Below are positions 51,201-59,717 of a DNA stretch of 64,000 bases, one piece after another. The DNA lies in NCBI RefSeq assembly GCF_006345805.1, contig NC_043007.1:8556001-8620000 (forward strand), given 5' to 3'. Source of the DNA: Octopus sinensis (taxonomy: Eukaryota). The notes below the pieces were generated by a model. That model saw nothing but the letters and a program-made list of their open reading frames with translations. It was not told the origin of the DNA and ran no database searches. Position 1 is the first letter of the stretch, and each line of letters starts with the position of its first letter. The translations under genes and the position numbers were made by a program.

Positions 51201-53675
51201 GAAGGCACAAAGCCAAGCAGTTTGGGTGTTGGATTCACAAATGCTATGTTGTAGGTTCAATTCTCATATCAGGTGATGCATTGTGTCCTTGAGCAAGGCT
51301 CTTTATTTCATGTTAGTCTACTGAGCTAAAGATAAATACCCACAACAGCAGAGGGCAAACCCTGCAACAGAGTGGCATCCTCTTCAGGATGGTAGGGACG
51401 TCTTGAACTCCCAGTTACGCACTGGGGTCGATGTAATCAACTTAATCCCTTTGTCTGTCCCTGCTAAGTTAAGCCCCTTGTGGGCAATAAAGAAATAAGA
51501 AGCTGGCCAGTTAGAAAATCTACCCAAGGCCTTTGTGTCCATTCTGGGCTTCCAGCTGTTAAATCAATAAAGAGGTAAAAGCTCTGGCCAAATGAACAGG
51601 AAAATTCAAGACAGATATTTCATAAGTGAAAAAGGCCGATTCTCATATTTTCTGTTGCTAGAAACAATGGATTTCTTTTAAGAGTTTTTCATAAACTGCA
51701 CAACCTAACTGATAGGTTCAAAGAATTTACAACTGTTTAATGAAATAAAATTACTGAGAATAAACTTTCACTACAAACTTACTCAGAGAAAAAGTGTAGT
51801 CCTATATTTTCATAAGGGCTGTCAAATATAGTCAGACAGAAATCGTAGAGAGGTTTCCATGGTAGGGTCAGATCTTCAGGAGACAACAAACTTTGTTTCC
51901 TGAAATGAAAAGAAGAGAAAAATTTGTATTAGGTAGACTAAAATGATATTAGGTACATATAGGGTATACAAAAAGAATCACAAAATGTACAGCAATTGAG
52001 AAATAATGAAAAAAGAATTCCGGGCTTATTATTAGGTCATTGAAAATAACTGTATCAGAATAAAGTTTCGGGTAATATGGTGAAGGATGAGAAAGAAATA
52101 TTTACAATTAGTGCTAACATTAGAGTAATCCATTTGATTAAATTTTACCTAATTACAGTGTTTTGGCTCTTAATGCTTAATATTAATTAGAGAAATGATT
52201 TTAGTGGGGAACACCTAATGAAAATGGTAACCAGCAATGTTTCAAATGATAGAGCCTTTATAAGAGAGAGGTGTTTAGTATGGCTTCTATGGCCAGATGC
52301 TCTTCTCAACCCCAACCACTTTACACCATGTACTGGCTGTTTCTTTTTCTATTTCTTTCTCAGGCCACCAGCACTAGTGGGGCCATTTTGTAGTTTGCTA
52401 GACCATGGACTAGAGTGGGAGGAGCAGCTTTATGCAAGGAGTTGAAGGGTGAATATATAAGGGAAGGGGCAAGAGCAAGACAGGTCTCTTGCTGTAGAGG
52501 GTCTACAGATTATCCAGATTTTAGAAGAGAGTGCAGAAGGGATGAGAGAAACAGCAATGATGAAGCGGTAGACAAGAGAAGGGAAAGTGAGGGATGATGC
52601 TGGGTAAGGAGTGGGAGTAGAAGAGAGAGGTAGGTGTAATGCATGCAGAGGGTGGGGAGGGATAGTATGTTGACTCAGTGGAGGAGGCGGAGATCAATGA
52701 AAGTGTTTGTGTGGAGAGAAAAGTATTAATAGATGAAGGACGGATAAGTTATGGGTAGTAAGAAAAAATAAGCAGTATGAAGGAAGGGCTATAGTTAAGG
52801 AAGTGATGGGAAAGAAGGAAACTGGACAAAGGGCCCACTTGTACACACAGCTGAACCAAAACTCAGCTTTGTTGAAGTGGATGAGTCTTGCTGAGAACTT
52901 CATATTGCCAGTCTTGTTTTCTAATATATTTCACCACCATACTGTGGTCCACTTGTGTTTTTGTTGTAACAGATGGACTGACCCACAAAATAGTAAGCTA
53001 ATAGTAGGTTGATGGGACCAGGCCAACACCGGCACATACCAAGTATTCAGGGCTACTCTAGAATCTTGTGTCTGTTGGAACTGAAATGCAAAATGTCTAG
53101 TTTCTGTATGACAAAGTCAATCTAGCATTGTCATGAGAAAACCTGGCTACATATGGACAGTGAAGAACCAACTGCAGTTATGAGCAAATGTATGGAAGAC
53201 AAACTTAAACCTAGACACTACACTTGTGAAGAAGTTATATCCATTCCACAGTTGTGGTGGTCACTTCAAGATTAATTATGTGGTTGGTGTTAGGAAATAA
53301 ATGAAGATGCATAAAACATTAGCTGTTGGTCTTGAGGGTAGTCAAAAGGGTAGTGGCCCATTGGAGACCCATTTCAAGGACACCTGTATCTGATTTTAAT
53401 TAAACATCAGCCGAAAAATAACAATGTATAAATTTTTTTTTTAAATTAACAATATACAACAGTTCAATCCATGCCAACATGAAACATGGACATCAAATGG
53501 TGATGACGATGATGATAAATTTCTGGGCACTTACTTTAGGAGTTTGTTGATTGCTAGTGCAAATTTGTTTGAAATGGCAAATTCATTGTGTGGGATTAGA
53601 AGCAACTCATATAACAGTTTAACCAAGTGGATATGGTCTTCTTTGGAGAATTTCAAGCCATAAAGACGTACATAT
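6069..53675 (-). CDS. PSME4: Proteasome activator complex subunit 4 (PA200), partial multi-exon gene: 24 exons traced; first coding exon and 3' exons not found in window
   Basis: Manual splicing gives a continuous frame with GT-AG junctions and matching phases. Peptides such as YVRLYGLKFSKEDH, LPWKPLYD, WRPLFCPFD, FYHPSNTGRW, ETLTEPHRL, LPGIDPND and EDDTK match PSME4 as I recall it from vertebrates. Confidence 0.95.
7178..7233 (-). CDS. PSME4: PSME4 exon (YLLTHCEDDTKNLLKIIT)
   Basis: 56 nt, tttcAG / GTAAGT, EDDTK motif. Confidence 0.9.
8043..8295 (-). mobile_element. RTE-type tail fragment, inverted relative to 8310-9336
   Basis: (CAT)n followed by the reverse complement of the conserved tail. 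Confidence 0.85.
8310..9336 (+). mobile_element. 5'-truncated RTE-type LINE (RT C-terminus, 3' UTR repeat array, (GAT)n tail)
   Basis: MLHGSETWAVTAEDMRKL...RWYGHVARMDED...GRGRPRKTW, stop at 8709, conserved tail, (GAT)n. Confidence 0.9.
9345..9950 (+). mobile_element. Second RTE 3' UTR/tail fragment, head-to-tail with the previous copy
   Basis: Same repeat array and tail ending in (GAT)n. Confidence 0.85.
10919..10981 (-). CDS. PSME4: PSME4 exon (ITFNGSCIRLAVVDAIQPLL)
   Basis: 63 nt, tttcAG / GTGAGT, phase-consistent. Confidence 0.78.
11443..11498 (-). CDS. PSME4: PSME4 exon (VESEVELLTFSCSASMTE)
   Basis: 56 nt, taacAG / GTAATT. Weakly conserved peptide, but the phases fit both neighbours. 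Confidence 0.75.
12340..12745 (-). mobile_element. Full-length tRNA-derived SINE (~400 bp)
   Basis: Head GGCTGTGTGGTAAGAAGCTTG...GGTTCTGGATTCAGTCCC (A/B-box-like), CCTTGGGCA core, (CA)n middle, A-rich tail. Partial copies at ~1008, 1510, 7881, 9962, 22621, 24862, 35300 and 55675, among others. Confidence 0.8.
13361..13670 (+). mobile_element. Helitron-like 5' module, 3' end not resolved
   Basis: A|TCTATTATATAAAA followed by (GT)n and a CAAATTTG motif similar to the other Helitron heads. No clear CTAG end. Confidence 0.45.
14542..14634 (-). CDS. PSME4: PSME4 exon (DDLLRHLTIIFEALLGAGALLPFIDGEAYN)
   Basis: 93 nt, ttccAG / GTAAGT. Confidence 0.92.
16603..16757 (-). CDS. PSME4: PSME4 exon (DWAYTGSVENADIQWHIPCAEEI...NEIP)
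   Basis: 155 nt, ttctAG / GTAGGT. Confidence 0.92.
16943..17158 (-). CDS. PSME4: PSME4 exon (VVRAPGHTLL...LRYLLRSLTNIYPLDFRSVP...HLIIR)
   Basis: 216 nt, acttAG / GTCAGT. Confidence 0.92.
17275..18031 (-). mobile_element. Non-autonomous Helitron
   Basis: Minus strand reads A|TCTCTATATATATAAAAGGCAGTTTGTCTG ... GCGGGCAACGCC...GCTAG|T. Confidence 0.75.
18429..18496 (-). CDS. PSME4: PSME4 exon (EDIKEEEKLDVELLWNILMLSQ)
   Basis: 68 nt, ttacAG / GTAAGT. Confidence 0.91.
19638..19858. mobile_element. piggyBac-type MITE
   Basis: TTAA on both sides; termini CCCTTCCGTTAC / GTAACGAAAGGG. Confidence 0.75.
19936..20008 (-). CDS. PSME4: PSME4 exon (VNPDKSLKLFIPHFCSNIRRLLAA)
   Basis: 73 nt, ttttAG / GTGAGT. 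Confidence 0.9.
21053..21151 (-). CDS. PSME4: PSME4 exon (SALSCLFNYVSQTVYETRVGGKFVSDLIKAAVK)
   Basis: 99 nt, tttcAG / GTAGGT. Confidence 0.93.
21788..21944 (-). CDS. PSME4: PSME4 exon (SFSLIENS...LEIGLSSTFTAILQQCSTPIFE)
   Basis: 157 nt, ttgcAG / GTGAGT. Confidence 0.92.
22060..22260. repeat. Degenerate (CAT/CAC)n low-complexity tract
   Basis: Trinucleotide-periodic composition that produces spurious ORFs on both strands. Confidence 0.8.
22795..23582 (+). mobile_element. 5'-truncated RTE-type LINE
   Basis: ERRLHWYGHVARMDEDSCVKKC...GRGRPRKTWDEVV, 3' UTR, tail, (GAT)n. Confidence 0.9.
23766..23830 (-). CDS. PSME4: PSME4 exon (TEKELCSASSQFEDFVLQFMY)
   Basis: 65 nt, ttttAG / GTAAGT. Confidence 0.92.
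25237..25480 (+). mobile_element. Short Tc1/mariner-superfamily deletion derivative
   Basis: TIR (C/T)AGGGTGTTCAAAAAGTC, TA flanks, retained transposase C-terminus RRVNLCIENEGRHFQHLL*. Confidence 0.75.
25660..25749 (-). CDS. PSME4: PSME4 exon ([30 protein letters not shown])
   Basis: 90 nt, ttgcAG / GTAAGT. Confidence 0.93.
27030..27216 (-). CDS. PSME4: PSME4 exon (MYPAMETLTEPHRL...LPGIDPNDVKKSL)
   Basis: 187 nt, ttccAG / GTAATT. Confidence 0.94.
27914..28071. repeat. Fold-back (inverted) derivative of the 35805-35925 element
   Basis: Arms 27914-27973 and 28009-28071, 35-nt spacer. Confidence 0.85.
28727..28933 (-). CDS. PSME4: PSME4 exon (ERVAPKSWKTPVPQSHKLTEDD...LRPEIILPAFLE)
   Basis: 207 nt, tttcAG / GTAAGT. 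Confidence 0.94.
30609..30667 (-). CDS. PSME4: PSME4 exon (LKLSNLLVTFPRLFIKRLH)
   Basis: 59 nt, tttcAG / GTAATT. Confidence 0.88.
31494..31586 (-). CDS. PSME4: PSME4 exon (DKNNSSVQEHIDKLFETLKTFYHPSNTGRWN)
   Basis: 93 nt, AG / GTAAGT. Confidence 0.9.
31680..32580 (-). mobile_element. Decayed CR1/L2-group LINE 3' remnant joined to the RTE-type tail
   Basis: Broken frames RSIVSSCCPFYCYCSGCYS*GLFSLV and HSFFIRMSSFWN resemble the CR1/L2-group RT end. A ~40-50-nt repeat array and the conserved tail follow. Confidence 0.5.
35553..35669 (-). CDS. PSME4: PSME4 exon (VFTRFLKGFNLPVG...YVLWIISMI)
   Basis: 117 nt, cttcAG / GTAAGT. Confidence 0.92.
35805..35925. mobile_element. 121-bp insertion with 13-bp target-site duplication
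   Basis: CAAACTATTTAAA at 35792-35804 and 35926-35938. Confidence 0.8.
37229..37303 (-). CDS. PSME4: PSME4 exon (SLVSLISRLAYDNIGYIDWSPHIPR)
   Basis: 75 nt, tttcAG / GTAAAT. Confidence 0.92.
38745..38960. repeat. Compound (CA)n/(TA)n microsatellite
   Basis: Direct reading. Similar tracts at ~35230-35300, 61487-61626 and 61897-62008. Confidence 0.95.
39312..39372 (-). CDS. PSME4: PSME4 exon (IWFDEIMSLWTTLNSSGCEY)
   Basis: 61 nt, ttgtAG / GTAAGA. Confidence 0.88.
39671..41125 (-). mobile_element. 5'-truncated, internally deleted Penelope-like element of a different clade, between (TA)n tracts
   Basis: YRYVDDINIVV at ~41125 continues into ORF 40565-41092 (LPVLDTELWL, YYAKPMAS, MQFSGYS, PLYR). 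A frame-shifted GIY-YIG C-half follows (RSIGERVNEH...LYQHAEQEH...LNRKLEW, stop 40297-99), then an AT-rich 3' region. Confidence 0.8.
41370..42900 (-). mobile_element. 5'-truncated RTE-type LINE, decayed RT
   Basis: LRVNLAKTKVL, WPCLICRKGIGRNSIRCTQCKLWTHKRC, GRLYDACVR..LHGSETW, GRGRPRKTW in broken frames, plus tail. Confidence 0.9.
44023..44172 (-). CDS. PSME4: PSME4 exon (YFPLEATEEMMQLWRPLFCPFD...HHRGF)
   Basis: 150 nt, gaacAG / GTATGT. Confidence 0.93.
44230..44515. repeat. 45-bp minisatellite, about 6 copies
   Basis: Unit AATGCAGTACAACGGTCATTTTGCATTTCTCAGGAGAAATATTTT. Confidence 0.9.
45365..46532 (+). mobile_element. Mariner DNA transposon, decayed and internally deleted
   Basis: TIRs TTGG(C/G)TCATCCCATAAATAATG, TA flanks. 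Transposase remnant 45547-46458 with WVPHKL, VTGDEKW, VWWD and YSQEIAPSDYHLF, plus stops and frameshifts. Confidence 0.9.
47043..47108. repeat. (AAT)n microsatellite
   Basis: Direct reading. Confidence 0.95.
48828..48872 (-). CDS. PSME4: PSME4 exon (SIVSTVKDTIHNCR)
   Basis: 45 nt, ttgcAG / GTGAGT, phase 2 on both sides as required. Confidence 0.85.
50205..50426 (+). mobile_element. Second SINE family copy with 15-bp TSD, inserted into an RTE tail
   Basis: GTTCAAATTCC B-box, CTTTCATCCTTTC...GGTCGATAAATTAAGTACC body. TSD AGAAGCT(A/G)GCCAGTT at 50190-50204 and 50427-50441. Other copies at ~1370, 25880, 33185 and 47210. Confidence 0.8.
51783..51899 (-). CDS. PSME4: PSME4 exon (KQSLLSPEDLTLPWKPLYDF...GLHFFS)
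   Basis: 117 nt, tttcAG / GTAAGT, phase continuous. Confidence 0.93.
53535..53675 (-). CDS. PSME4: PSME4 exon (YVRLYGLKFSKEDHIHLVKLLYELLLIP...INKLLK)
   Basis: 141 nt, tttgcAG acceptor, GTAAGT donor. Confidence 0.93.
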
Positions 53676-53879
53676 CTGCAAATTAAAAATAAAATGGTTA
53701 TGTTTAATGAACTGAATGAGAAAAATGTACATGTAGACATTAACCCATGACAAATATTAATAATTGTTTAAAATTTATGAAAGGTAACAAGATACAGCTT
53801 GGTCAGTTGACTGGACAGGGTTCCCTCAACTGTCAAAAGTAGAAATTAACAAGAAAACAGGGAAGAATTTACAACATGG

Positions 53880-55340
53880 CACCACCAGACACCAGCTCAA
53901 TAAACTCTTTCATCGACTCCTTTCACCTCACCTCGGAATCTGCCACTACCCTGTTTGCTCAACATCGCCATCACTATCAACTACACCCACCTGCCTACCC
54001 CTGCCCATAATAACCCTATTTCTTCTACTACTTTTAATCCCACTGCCATTCCCAAGCACACTCTAAATTTGCCATAGAATTCTCTCATTTCTTCTGCTCT
54101 TGCCAAATCTGCACCATTGATTTGGATTTGGAATCTTAATGAGAGAGAACATGATGTTTCTTCTTGAATCAAGACATGGCTCCTTCATCAGATGTGAACC
54201 CTGCAACTCCAACAGGATATCAACTGCCCTGCCACTCTATTATCCTTTCCACTCAAAACTACAGACCAGACGCCACTTTACCCTCACCTCTCACTGAAAT
54301 GGTCATTCCTACACCACTTCCAGATCCTACTCTGTAACCCCAGGTCTTTCATGCTATTTTTGCCTTCAAGAATGATAGAAACTTTGGAACTTGCTAGTTA
54401 CCAAAAAACACTTTTAAATGTGCTCATCAATGATGCAATTACTGTTGCTACATTAACATCTCTACAACCATTGCATCTAAGTAAGATCTGCTGCAAATTT
54501 TACAACCCCCAAACACTGCATCATCCGCAACGTTTGCAGTGCACTTCACATTGGGGAACAGACTGTTGCCTTGCTGATTGCTTTCGCTAACACATCGGAA
54601 GCACAGGCTACTGTCTCATATGTTAGGCCAACCCGTCACCACTCACTTCAGTGCAAATGGTCATTCCATCTTTGCACCTCATGGATTCACATACTCAAAG
54701 AAACAGAAGGGAGACTATTTCACATCCAAACTTGGAACCTTGGCACCAACTGATTTCAATGAATATCTTTCCTTCTACTCCTTCACTCCATTAAAGTTCA
54801 GTAATCTCATTGACATCCTTCAGCTTCCCATTCACATGAATTTTTTTCCATCCACCTCATTCTCTTCTCTTACTCTCTTCATTTCTCTCCTTTACCAAAT
54901 TTCCCCAACAGCTTCCTGTCTACATCTGCTCACTCGTGCTATCTCATGTTCGCCATTAAAAACAGTCATCCAACTACAGAGGACATAAAATTCTCCCCTT
55001 TCCTTTTTGCCTTCATGTCATCTTAACCCAGAAGGATTCCTGTACATATACTAGAGTGCAGTGGGGGCATAATGGCCCAGTGATTAGGGCAGTGGACTCA
55101 TGGTCATAGGCTCATGATTTCGATTCCCAGACCGGGTGTTGTGGATGTTTATTGAGTGAAAACACCTAAAGCTCTATGAGGCTCTGGCAGGGGGGAGTGG
55201 TGGAAAACCCTGCTGTACTCTTTCACAACAACTTTCTCTCACTCTTTCTTCTTGTTTCTGTTGAACTTGCTAATTTACTTTCTCTCCTTTCAACTACTCC
55301 CTGAAGGAGGACCACGGTGTCCAAATGGTTGAATCTTCCA
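53880..55340 (+). mobile_element. Decayed Penelope-like element (GIY-YIG remnant), interrupted by a SINE
   Basis: CIIRNVCSALHIGEQT at 54517, HFSANGHS and KLGTLAPTDFN in broken frames. Boundaries approximate. Confidence 0.55.
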
Positions 55341-55890
55341 CTCCTCCCAGCAAGTTCACTGGACTCTTTATCAATTTTACTACAGAATATAAATCTTGCT
55401 AATGTTTGATTTCACTCACTCACACTATATGAAAGAAAACCTACTTAAATCTGTTCTGTGATTTTTCAGAAAAATTCTTTAACACTGAACACATTGTTAA
55501 TGATCTCAAAAAAAAAAAAAACTATTAAAGCCAGGTACTGACTGTATAGGAGAGCTGCTGTAATGTAATTGAATATTTGCAGCACAGCAGTAAAGTTGTA
55601 AAAGTATAAAAATTGAAGGATTTTGTTTTTCTTCATAAATATTATCAACTCTACCTATTATACTATAATTCATTTATTCTTTCACTTGTTTCAGTCATTT
55701 GACTGTGGCCATGCTGGAGCACTGACTTAAAGGGTTTTAGTTGAAGAAATTAACCCCAGGACTCTTTTGTAAGCCTAGTACTTAATTTATCAGTCTCTTT
55801 TGCTGAACCACTAGTTTATGGGGATGTAACATGCCAACAACGGTTGTCGAGTGGTGGTGGGGGACAAATACAAACACACACAGAGATACA

Positions 55891-57311
55891 TCTATATAAA
55901 ATCCTGTGGGTGCGTGTGTGTGCGTTTCCTGTATGCACAGCCAAACTACTGGATCAATCTGTACCAAATTTGGCTATCTGGAAATGACATTGGTTTTGTT
56001 TTCTCGCTTTAAAGGTAAACAATTCTGAAGTGCTTAATTGTGATAATGAAACGAGGTTTAAAAAAAGAAGAAACTGTAAGGTTTCTAAATAACGAAAGGT
56101 CTTCATATGGACACACGCTTATACACGTAGGATATCTTTCAATTTAAACGATAAACTTTATAAATTTTTGAAGTTCAATATTCCTGACATGAGTTATTCA
56201 AATAATTGTTTGTAGAATGGACTGAATAAAATTAAGCAAGAAAACACTCAATATTTCATATTTAAATCCAATGTGACTATTTCTACTTGGATATTAGTCC
56301 TACCTCAGATTCGAAATCGAATCTATATTTTCCCCACTAGCCATATGGCCTATTGTTCTGTCAAGGAGTGATGCAGATTTATGTATTCCCCACTTCACTC
56401 TTAATCTTTTCTATGCCATGAAAAGTTGAAATAGATAATGAGTGACCTACATTAATTTATCCATTGTTAGAGTGGTATGCCTCCTTTTCTACCTACTCTA
56501 TGTAAGCACAGTATCTCTAAAATTCACTGTGTGTGTGTGTGTGCCTGTTTTCTGTATGCATGGCCAAACCACTGGATCAAACTGCACCAAATTTGGCGCG
56601 TAGGTTTTTCACTACTCAGGGAAGGTTCTGGGGGGAGGGGGTCAATACATTTAAAACTTTTCTTTCAAAAACTGAAATGTGTTTTACATACCTGTCGTAT
56701 GTTGGTTTTGTTTTTTTTCTTTAAAGGTAAATAATTCAGATAGAAGCAAACACAGTATTGAACAATTCTCTGTCATATGTCTACAACCCCCACCTCTTTT
56801 TTTTAACGATAAATGCTTTTTAATTGTGAAAATGAAACAAGAGGTTTAGTCCTTTGTGCCAAAATTTATTTCTCTTGGGAAATATAAGGGTGACGATGTT
56901 TTCATTCCACGGATCTCATTAATCCCATGTGACCTCCCCTATGAATTTAAATGGCTCCAGTTCCCAGTGAAACAAAGTTTTGCTATGTCCATAAACAAAT
57001 CTCAAGCACAATTTCTCTATGTTGTTGGACTTAATCTTGTTTCACTTATGGACAATTATATGTAGGATGTTCACAAGTTGGAAGTCCCAAAACTCTTTTT
57101 CTTTTTATACCAATTAGAGGTGTACACACTGAAAACATTGTATATTTAGAAGTTCTACAAAATTAAACTGTGATTTCAGGATTTGTTTTAATAACTTTGT
57201 TTATACTCACGTCATCTGATAGAATTTTTCTGAAAATATCTTTTTATCAGAATAAATATATTTCCTTTGACATTCTTTAAACTTCCGAGCAACGTCGAAT
57301 ACTTAGGCTAG
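55891..57311 (+). mobile_element. Helitron derivative with helicase remnant
   Basis: A|TC 5' end, ...GAGCAACGTCG...CTAG|T 3' end. Pif1-type helicase C-terminus GDDVFIPRISLIPCDLPYEFKWLQFPVKQSFAMSINKSQ...GQLYVGCSQVGS at ~56880-57090. Confidence 0.85.
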
Positions 57312-58794
57312 TATATATATATATATCTTTCAAACTGATCATTACAAATGGATGACGAGAGAAGGGCAAAGAAGTACCAGGAGATCCAAATGGAAGAAAA
57401 CTGTGCAAACAGAAGACTAAACAAGGCATGGGTAGAAGTGATGAAAGCTGTGTGAAAGAGCGACTATAAAAATTATGATTTAGATGATTATTATCCAATG
57501 TCACTGTTTTCCTTTTTCGTGACAGTAGAGTACAATTTGAGGAAAAATTGGTTACTATTTCCAACAGGTACAGCAACAAGTTATTTATAAAATATTGAAA
57601 CAAATACTGTTGCTTTACATAAGCCCAAAAGCTTGAGAAATTTGAATTAAGAAGCTATGAAGTTTGTGTAAGCACTAGGAAAATTTCTGGTGTCACGAGG
57701 AAATGGCTCTAATTGGAAATTGATAATGGGAGCTGGTTAACAAGACAGAATCGTATAGAGCACTACAACGACCAGAATAAAGATAACTGAATCGTGATAC
57801 ATTTAGTTTTTATTTCATTATCTTTTTTTAACCTGCATGGACGTTAATGTCTCTGTCTGTTATCTGAAATGATATACTTTTGTTCGTGTATCTTGCAAAG
57901 ACCAAAAAAAACAACTCATAAATTGTTGTGTATTTATAGGTGTGTGTGTGTGTGTGTGAAATGACGCATCAGCAGGCAGAGTTCGATGAGGTCTTTAGAA
58001 GACAACTGCAAACAATGACGGTTCGAAAGTTAAATTGCAATTTATCATTTGACATTAACCTCATCAAACATCAATCACGCAAACACATTAAACCACAAAA
58101 ACACTTAAAAAGACTTCCAAACAGTTGTATGTACAATCAATTAGCTGAATTTCAAAGTTTACATCACTCATACTAAGTGATGGCAGAGGGAAGAGTGAAG
58201 TTATGTAACGTTCATAGGTTTCTCAATCAAAGGTATCTACAAAGGAAAGAAAGAAAGAAAAGAAAGCAATGTTGCTGATATTGAGGAACAGAGCTTTGCA
58301 TAATACTTCTTGTTAGGTTGCGACCTTACTTCGGAGGGACATAATTTACTCTGAAACTTCAAACATATTGTATTACGCAGTCACACACACAAAAAAGAAA
58401 ACTAATACACTACAATTCATGAGTTTATAAAGGACACACACACACACTGGTCTCAGTGTCAATATGTTTTTTTTTTTACCGGACTGAGATATTGAGATTC
58501 AGGCCAAGCCCTAGAATTCTTTATTGTAAATGATCTGACCATGTTCCGAACAAACAGGTCTCTCGTATATAACGGAACAGTTGCACTTCGTCAAACTGGC
58601 AAGCTTCAGTTTGTGGCCAGCAGCTTGTTTGTTGCAGGTGCATAATCTTGGTGCAATTAAGAATAACTTTTGGTGGCTGTGTTCTTTCTGAAGGGAAGAT
58701 ACAATTATAGGGTGATTTGCCTGCAGTTTCTAGCAGGCCCAGCAATCTCAAAGAGTCTACATTGATCAGATAGATTTAGAAATTGTTCAATATA

Positions 58795-58829
<35 letters not shown>

Positions 58830-58981
58830 TATGTGAAATAGAAAGATGAATAATCTTGTAGTAGATTAATCAAAAGTTTAACCGATACCTTAGTAGCAAA
58901 AATCACAGCAGTAAACAGCACGGTTGGAGGTACAACCATATGGTGTTGCAACCGTGCGTTGGTGCGGATAATTGAAATTAA

Positions 58982-59500
58982 AACATTATTGGTGAATTGA
59001 AGAAATGGAGCTGAACGCAGATTGAACAGAAATCGTTTTATTTCATTCTACACGTGTTTCGAAAGGCACAAATTACCAAAATCCGATTGAATAATGGGAC
59101 CATATTGTGTCTTTCTCTTCAGGAAGAAAATAGGAAATCCGTTGGAAAAACAAAAACAGAACAGAGGCGGAGCAAAAACAAATCGAACTATGCTCCTAAG
59201 AGCCCATGGCGAAACTGTTTATCAGTGTATGTTGAGAACCGGTGGCTGAAGAATTTAACGGGTCAGGCATCGGTCAATCATGTGGGTGAGGGTGTGTGGG
59301 TGTTCTTTGTGACCGAGAATAAAGTTCTGACTATTTAAGGAATATTGGATGTTTTATAAGGGGCGAGAAAAAATCTACTTAGAGACGTGTGTGTGTGTAT
59401 ACTGTTCTATATATGTGTGTGTTGGCGTAGGGGTAGAAAACATTTTTTGTGTACGTGTGTGCGTTTGATCGTTCGGCTGTCAGTGGCTACTGCCGCGAGA
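58982..59500. repeat. Left arm of ~518-bp inverted repeat
   Basis: Reverse complement of 60970-61486. By eye it differs by one substitution and one 2-nt indel. An identical 94-aa ORF is called in both arms. Confidence 0.95.
59039..59132 (-). ncRNA. Type I hammerhead ribozyme (left arm, same strand as GIY-YIG ORF)
   Basis: Exact reverse complement of the 61336-61429 motif. Confidence 0.85.
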
Positions 59501-59717
59501 ACCGTTGGGTGGCAGAAAAAAAATATATATATTATGTTTTATGTGTGTGTGTGTTCATCTTAGCCTGCCTTGTCAAGGAAACCCCCCGCTGTGAAAAAAC
59601 CAAGCCCCGTTTGTCTAACAGGAGTAATTCCCCTTGCAGTGGTTAATCGTAGATATCTTAAAGGCTATTTCAGAATTTGTTACCAAGGGCTATGGGTGCC
59701 GGTATTATTTATAAACG

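Noticed and set aside
58480-58750. Candidate PSME4 first exon (QIIYNKEF resembles the N-terminal IVYNK motif)
   Set aside because: A stop codon follows immediately and no frame joins the phase-2 junction of exon 53535-53675.
59205-59260. GAAA-CTG-TTTAT-CAGT...CTGAAGA, a possible type II hammerhead on the opposite strand of the arm
   Set aside because: The cleavage triplet would be GUG (not NUH), and stems I and II do not pair.
59054-59338. 94-aa ORF present identically in both inverted arms (also 61130-61414)
   Set aside because: The duplication simply reflects the inverted repeat. It starts at a non-ATG codon, has no recognisable domain and is antisense to the hammerhead.
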